Origin: Octopus sinensis
Taxonomy: Eukaryota
Length of the DNA: 64,000 nt
Reading direction: 5' to 3'
NCBI RefSeq assembly: GCF_006345805.1
Contig: NC_043002.1
Span: 20,522,001-20,586,000 of the forward strand
The translations under genes were made by a program, and so were the position numbers. A model generated the notes under the pieces. It searched no databases. It was not told the DNA's origin and worked only from the letters and a program-made list of their open reading frames with translations. Positions 1 to 12,595 of this stretch are shown one piece after another; within the stretch, counting starts at the first letter, position 1, and every line of letters starts with the position of its first letter.

Positions 1-90
1 GACACTTGCCCAAGGTGCCACGCAGTGGGACTGAACCCGGAACCATGTGGTTGGTTAGCAAGATTCTTACCACACAGCCACTCCTGCACC
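1..90 (-). mobile_element. SINE family A, 5' part (tRNA-like head + CORE-like box), cut by window edge
   Basis: Reverse complement of GGAGTGGCTGTGTGGTAAG...GGTTCAGTCCCACTGCGTGGCACCTTGGGCAAGTGTC, seen in >15 copies in the window. Confidence 0.9.
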
Positions 91-379
91 AACTGTTTAT
101 TTTTAGAATGATAGTATAGGATAGGTGTGAGATCACAGATCTGGCTTGTGGGATCATAGAACTGGTAGAATATTTTGGTTGGATATGACCAGTTTAAATG
201 CTAAGGGATTACAGTAAACAAATTTACTTATTTTCTGTTGTTGCTGTTGTTGTTATCAGTACTATGTCGGTTCTGATTTAGCAAACCTGTGATGGAAGAT
301 ATTCAAACCAAGATCATCTCATAGTTTTATCCAAACAAAAAAATATACCCAAGACTTATCTTATGTATTCTTACATTAT

Positions 380-613
380 TTAACTCTTAATACCATTTTC
401 CCATTGAAATATGCTGTCTTTGTTTCAATTAATTTAAAAATTAACCAGGAATTCAATAAAATGATTTTGTCATTATTGAGCTGGTGTTTGTTACATAAAT
501 TCACATGACATTTTGATGGAAGGTTTTTTTTTTAACTTGGATAACTTTAAAACAGGAGGTTTGTACCATAGGTCCAACGATGGTCTCAGGCTGGCTGGTG
601 GCAAAAGGGTTAA
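380..613. mobile_element. TTAA-flanked piggyBac-like MITE
   Basis: TTAA at both ends, right end AAAAGGG-TTAA; internal sequence similar to 23614-23838. Confidence 0.6.
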
Positions 614-671
614 AATGATATGGTATAATATAGTGGAGATTTGGCTGCTATTATCAGTAGGTCAATCAAGA

Positions 672-870
672 TGGTGAGCTAGCAGATTCATTGTCATGTT
701 TAGTGGTATTTCTTCCATCTTTATGTCTTGAGTTCAAATTCCACTGAGGTCAGCTTTGCCTTTAACCCTTTTGGGATCAATAAAATAAGTACCAGTTATA
801 CACTGGGGTCAATGTAATCAACTAACCGCCTCCCTCAAATTTCAGGCCTTGTACCTATAGTAGAAAAATT
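672..870 (+). mobile_element. SINE family B (tRNA-like head + Meta-domain-like body), CpG-decayed copy
   Basis: Aligns by eye to 30367 and 54622 copies (GAGTTCAAATTCC...CTTTGCCTTT...AAATAAGTACCAG). Confidence 0.85.
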
Positions 871-1455
871 TATTAGTATGTTGATCTATCATTTAGAGGA
901 TGTCTCACGATAGATCATATTGGTAATGATAGTGGTATTGTTGTTGCTGTTCAGCCATGATCCATCAAACGAACCATGATAGATGTTGTAGCTGAAAACA
1001 CTCCATCTTTTGTTTTAGACAATGTGTTACTTTTAAAGGTAGTAGTGTGTGATTTAAGGGAGAGTTGGCTGTTATTTCATGCATGTTGAGCAACCATTTA
1101 TACGTTCCTTTATTAGTTCATATTCATGTTGGTGGTGTTGCTGTGGTGGTTGTGTTGGTAATGGTAGTGGCAGTGGTGATTTTGTTTAGCCCCAGGCCAT
1201 TGTTAACCCATCAGAACTATGATCAAATGCATTTAGGCCATGCCCAATTCATCTTTTATTCACAATTAGTGTATCTAGGAACATATGATTTGTATTAGGA
1301 AGAACATTCAGCTACCAAAATAATTATTCCAACAATATACAGATTTGTCTAAGATGTTTAGCTCTTGTGCTAAGAAAAGAAAAATTCATTTACAAATTTG
1401 TGTGTGTGTGTAAAAATGAAAAGAAAAAGTTTTACAATTGACACATTTTAATTTC

Positions 1456-1715
1456 AGCGTGGAAGGTGTTTATAAGCCATTTAAAAACACACAAAAACTG
1501 TTAGATTCAATTCAACATTTAAATTTAATTTGCCAAAATATTTTTGTCACTTTGAGAACGTAACCTGTTCACTGAGAAAATTCTGTATACTGCACAGAAT
1601 TTTGTCAGTGAACAGGTTGCGGTCTCAAAATATTTTGGCAAATCTAATTTAAATGTTGAATTGAATCTAATGGTTTTTGAGTGTTTTTAAATGGCTTATA
1701 AACACCTTCCACACT
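1456..1715. repeat. Long fold-back inverted repeat (~125-bp arms), probable transposon remnant
   Basis: GTGGAAGGTGTTTATAAGCCATTTAAAAACAC...CAGAATT arm is mirrored as its reverse complement around ~1590. Confidence 0.9.
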
Positions 1716-1837
1716 GCAATTGTTTTTGTTCCAGCACACGATCTCAGATCAGGTCACTTGTTATGCAAGTACATCTCTATAACTGGTATTCGAGTACTAT
1801 TTTTTTACACCTTGTTTCACATTTATGTATTTACTCT

Positions 1838-1839
<2 letters not shown>

Positions 1840-1904
<65 letters not shown>
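1840..1904. repeat. (TA)n microsatellite
   Basis: Direct reading. Confidence 0.99.
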
Positions 1905-1908
<4 letters not shown>

Positions 1909-2245
1909 AGCTGTTGAGTATTCCAGTTATTCAATCAACTAAAAGCTGTACTTATTGAATTATATTGTAAGTGGCTGAGTATTCCATAGACACTTGTAAC
2001 CTTTGAATAATTCTCACACAGAATCAGTGTGATACAGTATATGATAAAACTGATCCTTTCTATTACCAGTGGGATTCCACATAGTTTCTGTCTATTCAGT
2101 TTCACTCACAAGGTTAGGGTTTACCTTAGACTGTCATGGAAGATATTTGCCCAAGATACTTGCCCTAGGGTTTCATGATAGAAATATGACCTTCTTACCA
2201 CTTGGCTATGCCTGCAACCAAAACCACTAACATGCATGAACATGT

Positions 2246-2392
<147 letters not shown>

Positions 2393-3155
2393 ACATGGTT
2401 GCAAAGTCAGCTTCTTAACCACACAGCTAAGCCTCAACCTATATATATGTGTGTGTGTGTGTGTGTATGCATTTGAGTGTATGGCACGTGTGTGTGTGTG
2501 TGTACACGTTTATAAATAGATTTTTTCCCATTCTTACCATTGGTGGAATCCACTTAGCAAATTTTGTTGGTCATTAACTAATGGCTTGTGTACACACATT
2601 TATTCATAACCACTCTGTTAGTGCTGTTGTTATCACTGCCTGGTCATTAACCTTGCACCACCATTATCTAAATTTTGTTTATGCCTGTTATAATTCTATT
2701 TACATTCTCTGTAAGAAGAACTGTTGTTTGTCAGGCAGCTTGTAATGTGAGGTAAACAATCTTAGATGATGCTTTTAATGACAACAAAATATGTTTGGGT
2801 CAGTCCACATTTGAAGCTACTGAAAGCCTGGAAGTTTATTCATGGAAGCTATTTTCACTGCCGGAATAAATTTATGTTTGATAAAAATATTGTGTATGAC
2901 TTTCATACATGAATTTATTTATAAACCATGCCAATGTTTATATATGTATATATGTAGGGGTGCAGGCATGGCTGTGTGGTTAAGAAGTCCACTTTGCAAA
3001 CATGTGGTTTGGGGGTTCTGTCCTACTGCATGGCACCTTGTGCATGTATGTCTTTTACTATCACTTCAGGTCACACTCTTCCCATATATAAATAATATTG
3101 GTTTTAGTACACGACTTCAGACAAATTTCTTGCAGAACATATTCAAAATTGGTAT

Positions 3156-3561
3156 AGGTGTGGCTGTGTGGTAAGAAGCTTGCTTCCCAATCACATGGTT
3201 CTGGGTTCAGTCCCACTGCATAACACTTTGGGCAAGTGTTTTCTAATATAGCCTTGGGCTTACCAAAGCCATGTGAGTGGATTTGGTAGACGGAAACTGA
3301 AAGAAGCCCATCATATATATATATATATACACGTGTGTGTGTTTTTGTGTCTGTGTTTGTCCTCCCACCATCGTTTGACAGCCAATGTTGGTGTGTTTAC
3401 ATCCCAGTAACTTAGCGGTTCAGCAAAAGAGACCAATAGAATAAGTACTAGGCTTACAAAGAATAAATTCTGGGGTCAATTTCTTTGAATAAAAAACCCT
3501 TTAATGCTGTACTCCAGTATGGCTGCAGTCGAATGGCTGAACAAGTAAAAGAATAAAAGAA
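3156..3561 (+). mobile_element. SINE family A, full length
   Basis: Head, CORE-like box, internal TA/TG microsatellite, tail CTCCAGTATGGCTGCAGTC...AAGTAAAAGAATAAAAGA. Confidence 0.9.
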
Positions 3562-3605
3562 TGTGTGTGTGTGTGTGTATATATGTATATATATATACAC
3601 ACATA

Positions 3606-4470
3606 CAGAGTGCGATGGGTAAATTGTCACTATTTTTATATTTTCAATTTTGTGCATGCATATTGTTTTTGATTTTGTCAACTACACAGTATAGTAGGGT
3701 CTGTTGGGCACCGTCTATGAGAAAAACAGCATCATGACGCAATTCAGTCTGCCAGAAATTTGGAAATGATATACTATACTGCTTGGTATTTATGTTGGAA
3801 TCTCCAATATGAACATTTCAGAGTGGTTGGGTTTCAATCTGAGGACAGTACAATCTGAGGACATGTACCGAGAGTGATAAAAATCAAACATCCTGTCAAT
3901 ATCATGGTGTTTGAATGTTATCCCTCCATTCATCTTCCCACACAGCTTCAGACTCAACACAGAGGCCTACATCAAGTGCCTGGAGAAGGTAGTGTTGCCT
4001 TGGGTCAAGAGGGTGGCTGCTGGAAGACCTTGTGTCTGGCAACAGGGCTTTGCACCATGCCACACAAGCAGGGGAAGCTAGTCATAGCTGTTAGACAATT
4101 TCTGCGACCACGTCACCCCTAATACTTGGCCACCTAACCCCCCCAGACTGCAACCCTCTTGATTATTATGTGTGGGGCGCAGTTGAGTAAGAGACCAACA
4201 AAACTCCTTGTAACACAAAAGATGAACTGAAGGCAAGGATTATGGCAGCATTTACCAACTTAAACAAGGAGACCATCCAGAAGAGTTGCTGGAGATTCTG
4301 AAGTTGTTGGAGGCCATGGTTGAAGCCAATGGCAATTTTATTGAATAATTTTATTCTTTAGTATTTCAAGATTTTTTTTTATGTAATTTTGGTAAACATA
4401 TCTGTTAAAATGAGATGTCAGTGTTATTTTCATTTTTGCATAATTTTGACAACAGTTTATTCACCACACC

Positions 4471-4473
<3 letters not shown>
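3606..4473 (+). mobile_element. Degenerate Tc1/mariner-superfamily transposon, maT (DD37D)-type, internally deleted
   Basis: TA on both sides, imperfect TIRs CAGAGTGCGATGGGTAAATTG / CAGTTTATTCACCACACCCTG; remnant WQQ.FAPCH...WPPN.PDCNPLDYYVWG with stops and a frameshift. Confidence 0.85.
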
Positions 4474-4510
<37 letters not shown>

Positions 4511-5171
4511 CATTGTCACTTCCACCTCCTTGTCATTGTTGTTGTTCTTGTTCACCTCTCCATGCTTGAATGGACTGGACAGAGTTTATTGAGGTCAATT
4601 TTGTACAGTGAGATGCCCTTACTGTCACCAATCCTTACCTGTTTCCAAGCAAGGTAATATGTCCCCATTGTCAGATCTGTTTCTGCAGAATATTGGAAAT
4701 GAATGATATTCTTTTACAAGAAATGCACAGAAGACAAGGAAATACAAACATACTTGCACTCACACAAAATATATATACGGCAGGCCTCCTTCCGTTTCTG
4801 TCTGTGAAATCCATTGACAAGGCTTTGCTTGGCCTAAGGCTATACTTGAACACTTTTGCTCCATGTGTCATGCTGTGGAACTGAACCTAAAACCATGTAG
4901 TTGGGAAGCAAACTTCTTAACCCACATAGCTACACCTGTGTGGACTGGTACTGATGTTGACTTTATGACCAGCTGCTCTGCACTTTCAAAAACCTGGGGA
5001 ATATAAAAATCCTTTACATGAAAAACAGGTAGAGCAGTATCTCCTGACCTATTTCCCTCCAGGTCCCGCTATAAACTTTCCAGAAAATATATGCTCTACT
5101 GCTGGTTGGAAAAAAAAGCAACTTTATTTGTTTTTTATTTTTTTTATATTTTAATATTTCATATTTATCTC

Positions 5172-5385
5172 GGTGGCAAACTGACAGAATCTTTAGCATG
5201 CCAGGCCAAAATGTGTAGTGGTATTTTGATTGTCCTAATGTTCTGAGTTCAAATTTTGCTGATGTCAACCTTGTCTTTCATCCCTTGTGGGGTTGATAAA
5301 ATAAGTACCTGTTGAGCCCTGGGGTTGATTTAATTGACCTATCCCTCTCTTGAAATTGCTGGCCTTGTGCCAAAACTTGAAAACA
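5172..5385 (+). mobile_element. SINE family B, heavily CpG-decayed
   Basis: Same layout as 30367 copy with CG replaced by TG/CA. Confidence 0.8.
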
Positions 5386-6223
5386 ATATTTCATAATTGT
5401 ATGCTTTCCTTAAAGAAATATCCACACTAGGACATTAGAATAGTGCTATACTGTAACAAACAGTCTTCACACAATATGCTTGACTGGTGGTGGGTGGATT
5501 GGTTTGGCTAGGTTGAATATGGGTGTAGTATCTTTGCTGTGAGAAAGAGATTTTCACAATTCCCTGTCCTACTAAGAAAAAAAAAGAAATTTGTTTCCAT
5601 GCCCCACCACAATTTTCCTAGATCCCACTGGTGGAGGTGTTATGCCCAACATTGGGAATCATGAAAGTAGAGCATCCAGCCATAAAATCTTGCCTTAAAT
5701 AATTCCTTCTCTAACCTATAATGGTAAAGAAAAACAAACATTAAAATGAACATGAAAATAAATTAGCGAATTTATAAACAATATTGGATTAATACTCTAT
5801 TCAGTAATTATTGGATAAGATTCTGGCTAATTACTTGTCAAAGAAATGCCATCTCCCATTTGTAGGTGATTGGCCAAGGGAAGGAAAGAGTAGTGTGGTC
5901 TTTTATTAAATCTTCGAATTTCAAACGCTTCCTCTCGCTACTCACTTGTTGGAGATTTGGTTTTGGTTTCTAATTAAATCTATAAATAATAGATTTTCCC
6001 TTGACATTTTCCTTGGTTCGGTCTTAAATTAAATAATTAAGAAATGACATCTTCTGATAACAGCTGGTTGTTGTTGTTAGTGGTGGTGATAGAGGTGTGG
6101 TGTGTATTGTTGTTTTTTCAGAATGATCTTTAATAAAATCTTTAATTAAAGTCACCTAATTAACAGCAGTGCAACACTGTTCATTTCTATTTTTAGATTG
6201 CTCTCTGACAGCTAAGACTGTAC

Positions 6224-6292
<69 letters not shown>

Positions 6293-6335
6293 GTGTGTGT
6301 GTGTGTGTGTGGTGTATTTTATATGTAGGCATTAA

Positions 6336-6742
6336 TCTTTTATCATTTATTGGCTTCAGTCATTTGACTGGCCATACTGGGGCACCACCTTGAAGGGTTT
6401 TAATTGAACAAATCGACCTCAGGACTTATATTTTTTAAACCCTAGTACTTATTCTATTGGTCTCTTTTGCTGAACTGCTAAGTTAAAGGGATGTAAACAC
6501 ACCAACATCAGTTGTCAAGCAATGGTGGAAAACAAACACAGACAAAAAGACAGACAGACAGATACACACACACAGATTCGATGGGTTTCTTTTAGTTTCC
6601 ATCTACCAAATCCACTCACAAGGCTTTGGTCAGCCTGAGGATATAGGAGAAGACATTTGCCGAAGTTGACATGCAGTGGGACTGAACCTGAAACCATGTG
6701 ACTAGGAAGCAAACTTCATACCACACAATCACACCTATACCT
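6336..6742 (-). mobile_element. SINE family A, full length
   Basis: Reverse-complement match to family A head through tail. Confidence 0.9.
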
Positions 6743-6782
6743 ATAAATATCAAAAGCATTTGGAATTAAATTCCAAGCTGAA

Positions 6783-6814
6783 AGGGGGCACCTGGGAATG
6801 AACTGGGGTCCTCT
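6783..6814 (-). pseudogene. tRNA 3'-half fragment (tRNA-Cys-like)
   Basis: Minus strand reads AGAGGACCCCAGTTCATTCCCAGGTGCCCCCT, resembling the tRNA-Cys T-arm and acceptor strand (AGAGGTCCCCGGTTCAAATCCGGGTGCCCCCT). Confidence 0.4.
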
Positions 6815-7004
6815 CTCATGTATGTATGTATTTTGTATGTTGGCATGTATAAAATTGTATGTATTTTATAGCGTGGTCATTGCCAGTGCCGCCTGACTAT
6901 CTATCTGTCTGTCTGTCTTTACATATGTATGTATGTATGCATGCATACATACATGCATTCAATAAAACAGTAGCCCACAATGTTTGCAGTGCCAGTACTC
7001 ATAC

Positions 7005-7062
7005 CAACATTTGGTTTGCTTGATTGGACGCTTGATGAGATCTGAGCCCTTGATGTGAAAAC
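7005..7062 (-). other. Candidate 58-nt exon of an unidentified gene
   Basis: Acceptor GTATTTTTCAG, donor GTATGA, open in all three frames; no homology recognised. Confidence 0.2.
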
Positions 7063-7541
7063 CTGAAAAATACTAACAAGCACACATAATTTCCACATAA
7101 ACAGTGATGTAGATCGCCTCTATCTAAAATGAAAACAAAGCAGCAGTGTCTGAATATATTTTGAAATATCATACAAAGGTTAAAGGGAAAATGCATGTTT
7201 ATGTTCTTTTAAAAAAAATCACACAAACAATATGTGTAAAAATGACTTTTTAAGATCAATTTTCATTTCATTTCTGGCTTTCCCTGGAATACTCCAAGTC
7301 TCTTTTTTCAGATTTATTGTAGGAGTTCAGCTTTTAAACCTCAAACAAGGAATGTCACTATAAGAACTGACCTTCTCTTATGCATTTTTTAAAGGCAAAT
7401 TTCTTTTATTTAGAAAATTCCTCAAAACCAATGGGTTTTTTTTCTTTCTGAATCCAGTTAACAATCAAGGAAGCTGTTACTTATGCAAAAGATACTTAGC
7501 TCCATGCTTACAAGGTGCTAATAACTCACACACATCACATA

Positions 7542-7922
7542 TCTATTATATAAAATCTGTTGTCTGTCTGTGTGTGTGTCTTCTAGGATCTCGGGCATCC
7601 TCCATCCGATTGCGCTCAAATTTGATATGTAGATACCGACGGTATCAGGGCGTGTATAAGTCTTGAAAAAATTACAAAAATCGATTCCAGGCGAGAATGC
7701 GATTGATAAAGCTGTGGGAATGTGCATTTGTAAAATCGTTTTTCTTGGAATAGAAAAAAAGTCTATCTTTATTTCTTCTTTTGCTGGTGTCTCAAATTTA
7801 GATTAAATCAGTGTTTCTCAAAGGAGAGGCCTATGGGACGGTCGGACAAGTTGTTTTGAGAAACTTTGGTTTAAATGTTTGACAACTCAGTACTGTCCAT
7901 TGGACGGGGGATATTTTGCTCG
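7542..7922 (+). mobile_element. Non-autonomous Helitron-like element
   Basis: A|TCTATTATATAAAA 5' end, (TGTC)n tract, subterminal hairpin CTGTCCATTGGACGG, 3' CTCG|T (CTRR variant). Confidence 0.7.
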
Positions 7923-8507
7923 TATCATGTATATCAGCATCCTCATCATCATCAATTTTATGTTCACTTTTTCCATGCAGACCTGGATTCTATGACATTT
8001 CTTGCAGAGTTATTTTATGTCTAAAGGCCTTTTCTGGTGTCAAATGAATATTGAAATCTAATTAAAACAAACTTCTAATTACGTTATAATAAATACTTAA
8101 AATTAATGTTTATTATTATAAATCACATATACACACACATAGATATATACAAATGGAAAATGGATGTTAAATGATGACATTGATGATAATGCATAAAAAA
8201 ATAAAAGAATATATAATAGGTGTGCGTATATGTATATTTGCATACATACTCACAAACAAGGGATATGTAGACACAGACACATTTACACATGCACATATAT
8301 ATGCCTGATACTATAGTGGTACAAACAAACCTATAAATACAAAGATAAACATTCAACTATACACATGTACATACATACACAACTTGCTACTTTATCATTT
8401 CTTATATAAGTTGCAGAAAACAGTGTGTCTTTCATGTTTACTAGAATTATATATTTGTGTATGTGTATATAGATACATATATATGTAAATCTCTCTCTCT
8501 TACTCAT

Positions 8508-8542
<35 letters not shown>

Positions 8543-9716
8543 AAGAATTCTGTGTTTATTGACCAAAGCCCTGGTTATTTTTACTTTGGCCGATCCTTGA
8601 TTCTTAAATATTCAAAACAACTTCTTGAAATAACCAATTCTTCTAATGTATATATATATGTTTATGTGTGTGTGTATACATTCATGCATTTATATGTGTG
8701 TATACACACAAACACTGAGACACATAAACACATGTATGTGTACACACACACTGTCACTCTCTCTCCCTCTTCTCACACACATGTACATTCTCTCTCTCAC
8801 ATAAACATGCTTTTCCTCTCTCTCACTTTCTCACGCACATGCTTTCTCCCTCTTTCTCTCTCTCTTACGTGAGGTGTGTGTGTGCGTATGTTTATGTATA
8901 TGTACATGTGTGAAGAAATCTAGTGAGAAAGATGTTTGAAGGGGGAAGAAGAAAAATATTCTGTGAGTGATCTTGAATAAATAGGAAGTCTCAGAAGAAG
9001 GGGAGGAGGCGAACAAAAAAAGAAGAGAATAAATGAATGAAAAATAAAAGAAAACTGATAAAGAAAAAGAAGATGAAGATGTTTGAGGAAGTGATAGTAA
9101 TGATTTCAGACAAGCAGAAAATGACAAATTGTCGTGGGGGTGGGGGTGGAGAGTATTATGATCAATTACATTAATACCAGTAATTAACTGGGTAATTTTT
9201 GTTTTTATTTTATTGACTTCAGGAAAGATGAAAAGGAGGAGAATTGACTCTGGTATGATTTAAACTTGAGACTTAACTAATTAACACAATTAAAGGAGTG
9301 AAAAAATGCTGGTGATAGTGATGGTAGTGATGATGATGATGATAGTAGTGGGGTGTTGGTGGTTAATGTTTATTACATTCTTAACTGTTACTAAAGTTCT
9401 TGACCCAGGTCAAGGTGGAAGTGTGTGTGTGTGTGGTGTGGAGCATCGACTCCTCTCCATCTAGGAACCACATTGTTTTCAGGGTAAAAGTTAGGTTGTT
9501 TACATAATTACTCAATTTACAAAAAATGAATTATTGTTGTTCTTCAAGTAATTTAAAATATCTGGGCTAATTAATTATCATCATATATATTTTGTTGTTG
9601 TTTTTATCTTTCTGTGTTTTACTTCAAACTCCATCATGTGGTCAGTGTTTGCCTTCATTTTTATCATTGTCTTCTACTTCATTGTTTGTTTATATATATA
9701 TATATATATATATGTT

Positions 9717-9960
9717 GAGGCGCGTGGCTCAGTGGTTAGGGTGTCAGCATCATGATCGTAAGATTGTGGTTTCGATTCCTGGACCGGGCGACGCGTTGTG
9801 TTCTTGAGCAAAACACTTCATTTCCCATTGCTCCAGTCCACTCACCTGGCAAAAATGAGTAACACTGCGATGGACTGGTGGCCCGTCCAGCTTGGGAACA
9901 TATATGCCATTGAAACCGGGAAACCGGGCCCATGAGCCTGGCTAGGCTTTAAAAGGGCAC
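9717..9960 (+). mobile_element. tRNA-derived SINE family C
   Basis: A box TGGCTCAGTGG, B box GTTTCGATTCC, CORE-like TGTGTTCTTGAGCAAAACAC, tail GCGATGGACTGG...GAAACCGGG...GGCTAGGCTTTAAAAGGGC. Confidence 0.85.
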
Positions 9961-9995
9961 ATTTATTATTTTTCATATAAATATAAATATATATC

Positions 9996-10215
9996 ATTAT
10001 CATCATCATCATCGTTTAACGTCTGCTTTCCATGCTAGCACGGGTTGGATGTATGACTGAGGGCTGGTGAACCAGATGGCTGCACCAGGCTTCAGTCTTG
10101 ATCTGGCAGAGTTTCTACAGCTGGATGCTCTTCCTAATGCCAACCACTCCGAGAGTGTAGTGGGTGTTTTTACATGCCACCAGCACGGGGCTAGTCAGGC
10201 GGCACTGGCAACGAC
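9996..10215 (-). mobile_element. Family D short retroposon ((GAT)n tail)
   Basis: Reverse complement of GTGGTTGGCRTTAGGAAGRGCATCCAGCTGTAGAAAC...CRGACGTTAAACGATGATGAT. Confidence 0.85.
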
Positions 10216-10219
10216 CTTG

Positions 10220-10252
<33 letters not shown>

Positions 10253-10387
10253 GTAAGTGCAAGTGTGGCTGTATGGTTAAGAAGCTCACCTTGCAACCAC
10301 ATGATTTCAGGTTCAGTCCAATGGGCATGACCAAAATCTTGTGAGTGGATTTGGGTGAGAGAAACTGAAGGAAGCCCATCATATATA

Positions 10388-10707
10388 CAGGGTGTGCCAA
10401 AATTAAGGCAAACAACTTTTTTCAATTTTGCCAAAGCAAAATATTGTTATATTTTGGGTCTGAGCATAGCAGTGCAATGCAATGGTAAAAGAAACTTAAT
10501 TATGGCACTACCACATTTATTCGATATGACCACCTCTGTTTCGAATCACAGCCTTAAGTCCAGGGGTAAATGCTTCACACACAGCACACAGCTGTTCTTG
10601 CAGAATCGAAGCTCATTCCTGGTGCTGTTTTGCCTTCAGAGTGTCGAGCGAAGCATGAGAAGTGCTTGAGACCCTATCTCCAAAATGGACCAAACAGAAA
10701 AATCCAA
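10388..10707 (-). mobile_element. Tc1/mariner (maT-like) transposon 3' remnant
   Basis: TA-CAGGGTGTGCC TIR; minus strand encodes DFSVWSILE and LKAVIRNRGGHIE* typical of the transposase C-terminus. Confidence 0.75.
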
Positions 10708-10724
10708 TGATATATATATAATTT

Positions 10725-10915
10725 GCCATGCTAATTGCTAGCCTCTACACATTCTTTATTTTTCTCTCCTTGTTTCTTTCTGTGTTCCATTCTGTGGAAG
10801 AGCGTAGGCTGAAAACGTTAAAAACTTTTTCACTTCCCGAGCGTTATACTAATACATATGTTTGTTGTCTACATCACCTGTCTTCGTCTTTTGTTTTTTT
10901 GTGAATGCTCCCCCT
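10725..10915 (+). mobile_element. Penelope-like terminal repeat remnant between (TA)n tracts
   Basis: Degenerate hammerhead-like GAAGAGCGTAGGCTGAAAACGTT; layout like 35197-35411. Confidence 0.45.
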
Positions 10916-11014
10916 ATATATATATATATATACACACATATATATATATTTATACATACATACATATATATATATACATATATGTATGTGTGTGTGTGTG
11001 TGTAATTAAAAAAA

Positions 11015-11242
11015 AGTAAATAAAGTTGTAAAAGGCACCAAAGTATATTTTAAAATATCGGTTTCAATGTATCCATCTTATCAAATATTGGAAATATTAG
11101 AAAGAATTTTTATAAAAAAATATTTGATAAGATTTTTTGAAAAAAATATTTGATAAGATGGATACATTGAAACCGATAATATCTTATCAAAATATTCTCT
11201 AAAATATACTTCTATGCTCTTTTCAACTTTATTTACTGTTTT
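11015..11242. repeat. Inverted repeat with degenerate hammerhead-like arms
   Basis: TATCGGTTTCAATGTATCCATCTTATCAAATATT and its exact reverse complement; outer arms AGTAAATAAAGTTG / CAACTTTATTTACT. Confidence 0.85.
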
Positions 11243-11287
11243 TAGCTATAATTTTTGATTTGTATGGACTCCTAACCACTTTTCATA

Positions 11288-11317
<30 letters not shown>

Positions 11318-11320
<3 letters not shown>

Positions 11321-11815
11321 TGGGACAGATTGACAGAGCTACGACTCTATTCCCTGGAACGAAGGTGGGGAAAGGTATGCAGTGATATATATATATATGT
11401 AGAAGATACTGGAAGGACTAGTACCAAACTTTGGAAAAAAGATCTATACCAGACCATGAACAAGACGTCACTGTGCTGTCCCCATTGTGCCGACTGCTTC
11501 ATCTTGGGCAAGGATGATGTACTGCAATAGCTTGGGTTTCAAGGGACCACAGCTGTTTAACTGTCTGCTGAAGCATCTAAGGAGCCTTCATGGAGTGGAT
11601 GTAGACGTTTTCAAACACGAACTTGACCTCTGGCTCGCTGAGATCCTGGATGAGCCAATATCTAAGCAAGAAACTCAAAAGAGGGCAGTAGCATCGAACT
11701 CCATCCTTCACCAAGAGCCGGTCCAACAAAGGTGGAAAGTGGACGATGATCACAATGGCAGTGTTCCAGCATGACCACAGTCATTGGACTAAAACATATA
11801 AAAGAATAAAAGAAT
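11318..11815 (+). mobile_element. 5'-truncated CR1-group LINE (ORF2 C-terminus + 3' UTR)
   Basis: YWDRLTELRLYSLERR...KILEGLVPNF...NSLGFKGPQLFNCL...VDVFKHELDLWL..I.DEP across frameshifts; ends in AAAAGAATAAAAGAATA. Confidence 0.8.
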
Positions 11816-11839
11816 ATATATACATACACACACATTTAT

Positions 11840-11874
<35 letters not shown>

Positions 11875-12473
11875 CACACATACACACACACACATGTATG
11901 AGTGTGTGTGTGTGTTTGTGTAATAAGTGTGGAATATTCACAGTGTTAACTTCCTTGGAAGGAAAAGTCCTTCTTTTAAAATTAATCATATAGATATATC
12001 ACACAGACACATGTACACACATGCACACACACACACACAACACACACACAGAGCATACATGCACATACCCCCCCCCCCGGCATCTGAGTGTAGGAGAGAA
12101 GCCTGACCTGTTGGTAATTAAAGAATGGCATTACCATTATCCTAATTATTCTTTCTGGTCTTTCAAGTAAGGGAAGTTGGCATGGCTGCCTGGCAACCTA
12201 CAGATGGATGTCTAACGGCTTGTCAGTAGAATATGGCACTGCACTCAGTAACCCTTTGCTTCTGAGACCAGTTTTGTCTTTGATTCTACATGCATAAGCA
12301 TGTACCTATATATATGTTGTTATAGCGTGTGTATGTATTTGTATGTATGTAGGTGTATATATATATGGGTGTGTTTGTAGATGCATGTGTTTATGTATTT
12401 GTCTAAATATATCTTATAGTCTGTGTATTTGTGTATACATGTTTGTGTGTGTGTTTATATCTATATCTCTATT

Positions 12474-12512
<39 letters not shown>

Positions 12513-12552
12513 TTATATCTATATCTCTATTTATAAATATATATATATGTAT

Positions 12553-12595
<43 letters not shown>

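Noticed and set aside
12230-12255. ATGGCACTG resembling a miR-183/263/228 seed
   Set aside because: 3' part does not match and no pre-miRNA hairpin is evident
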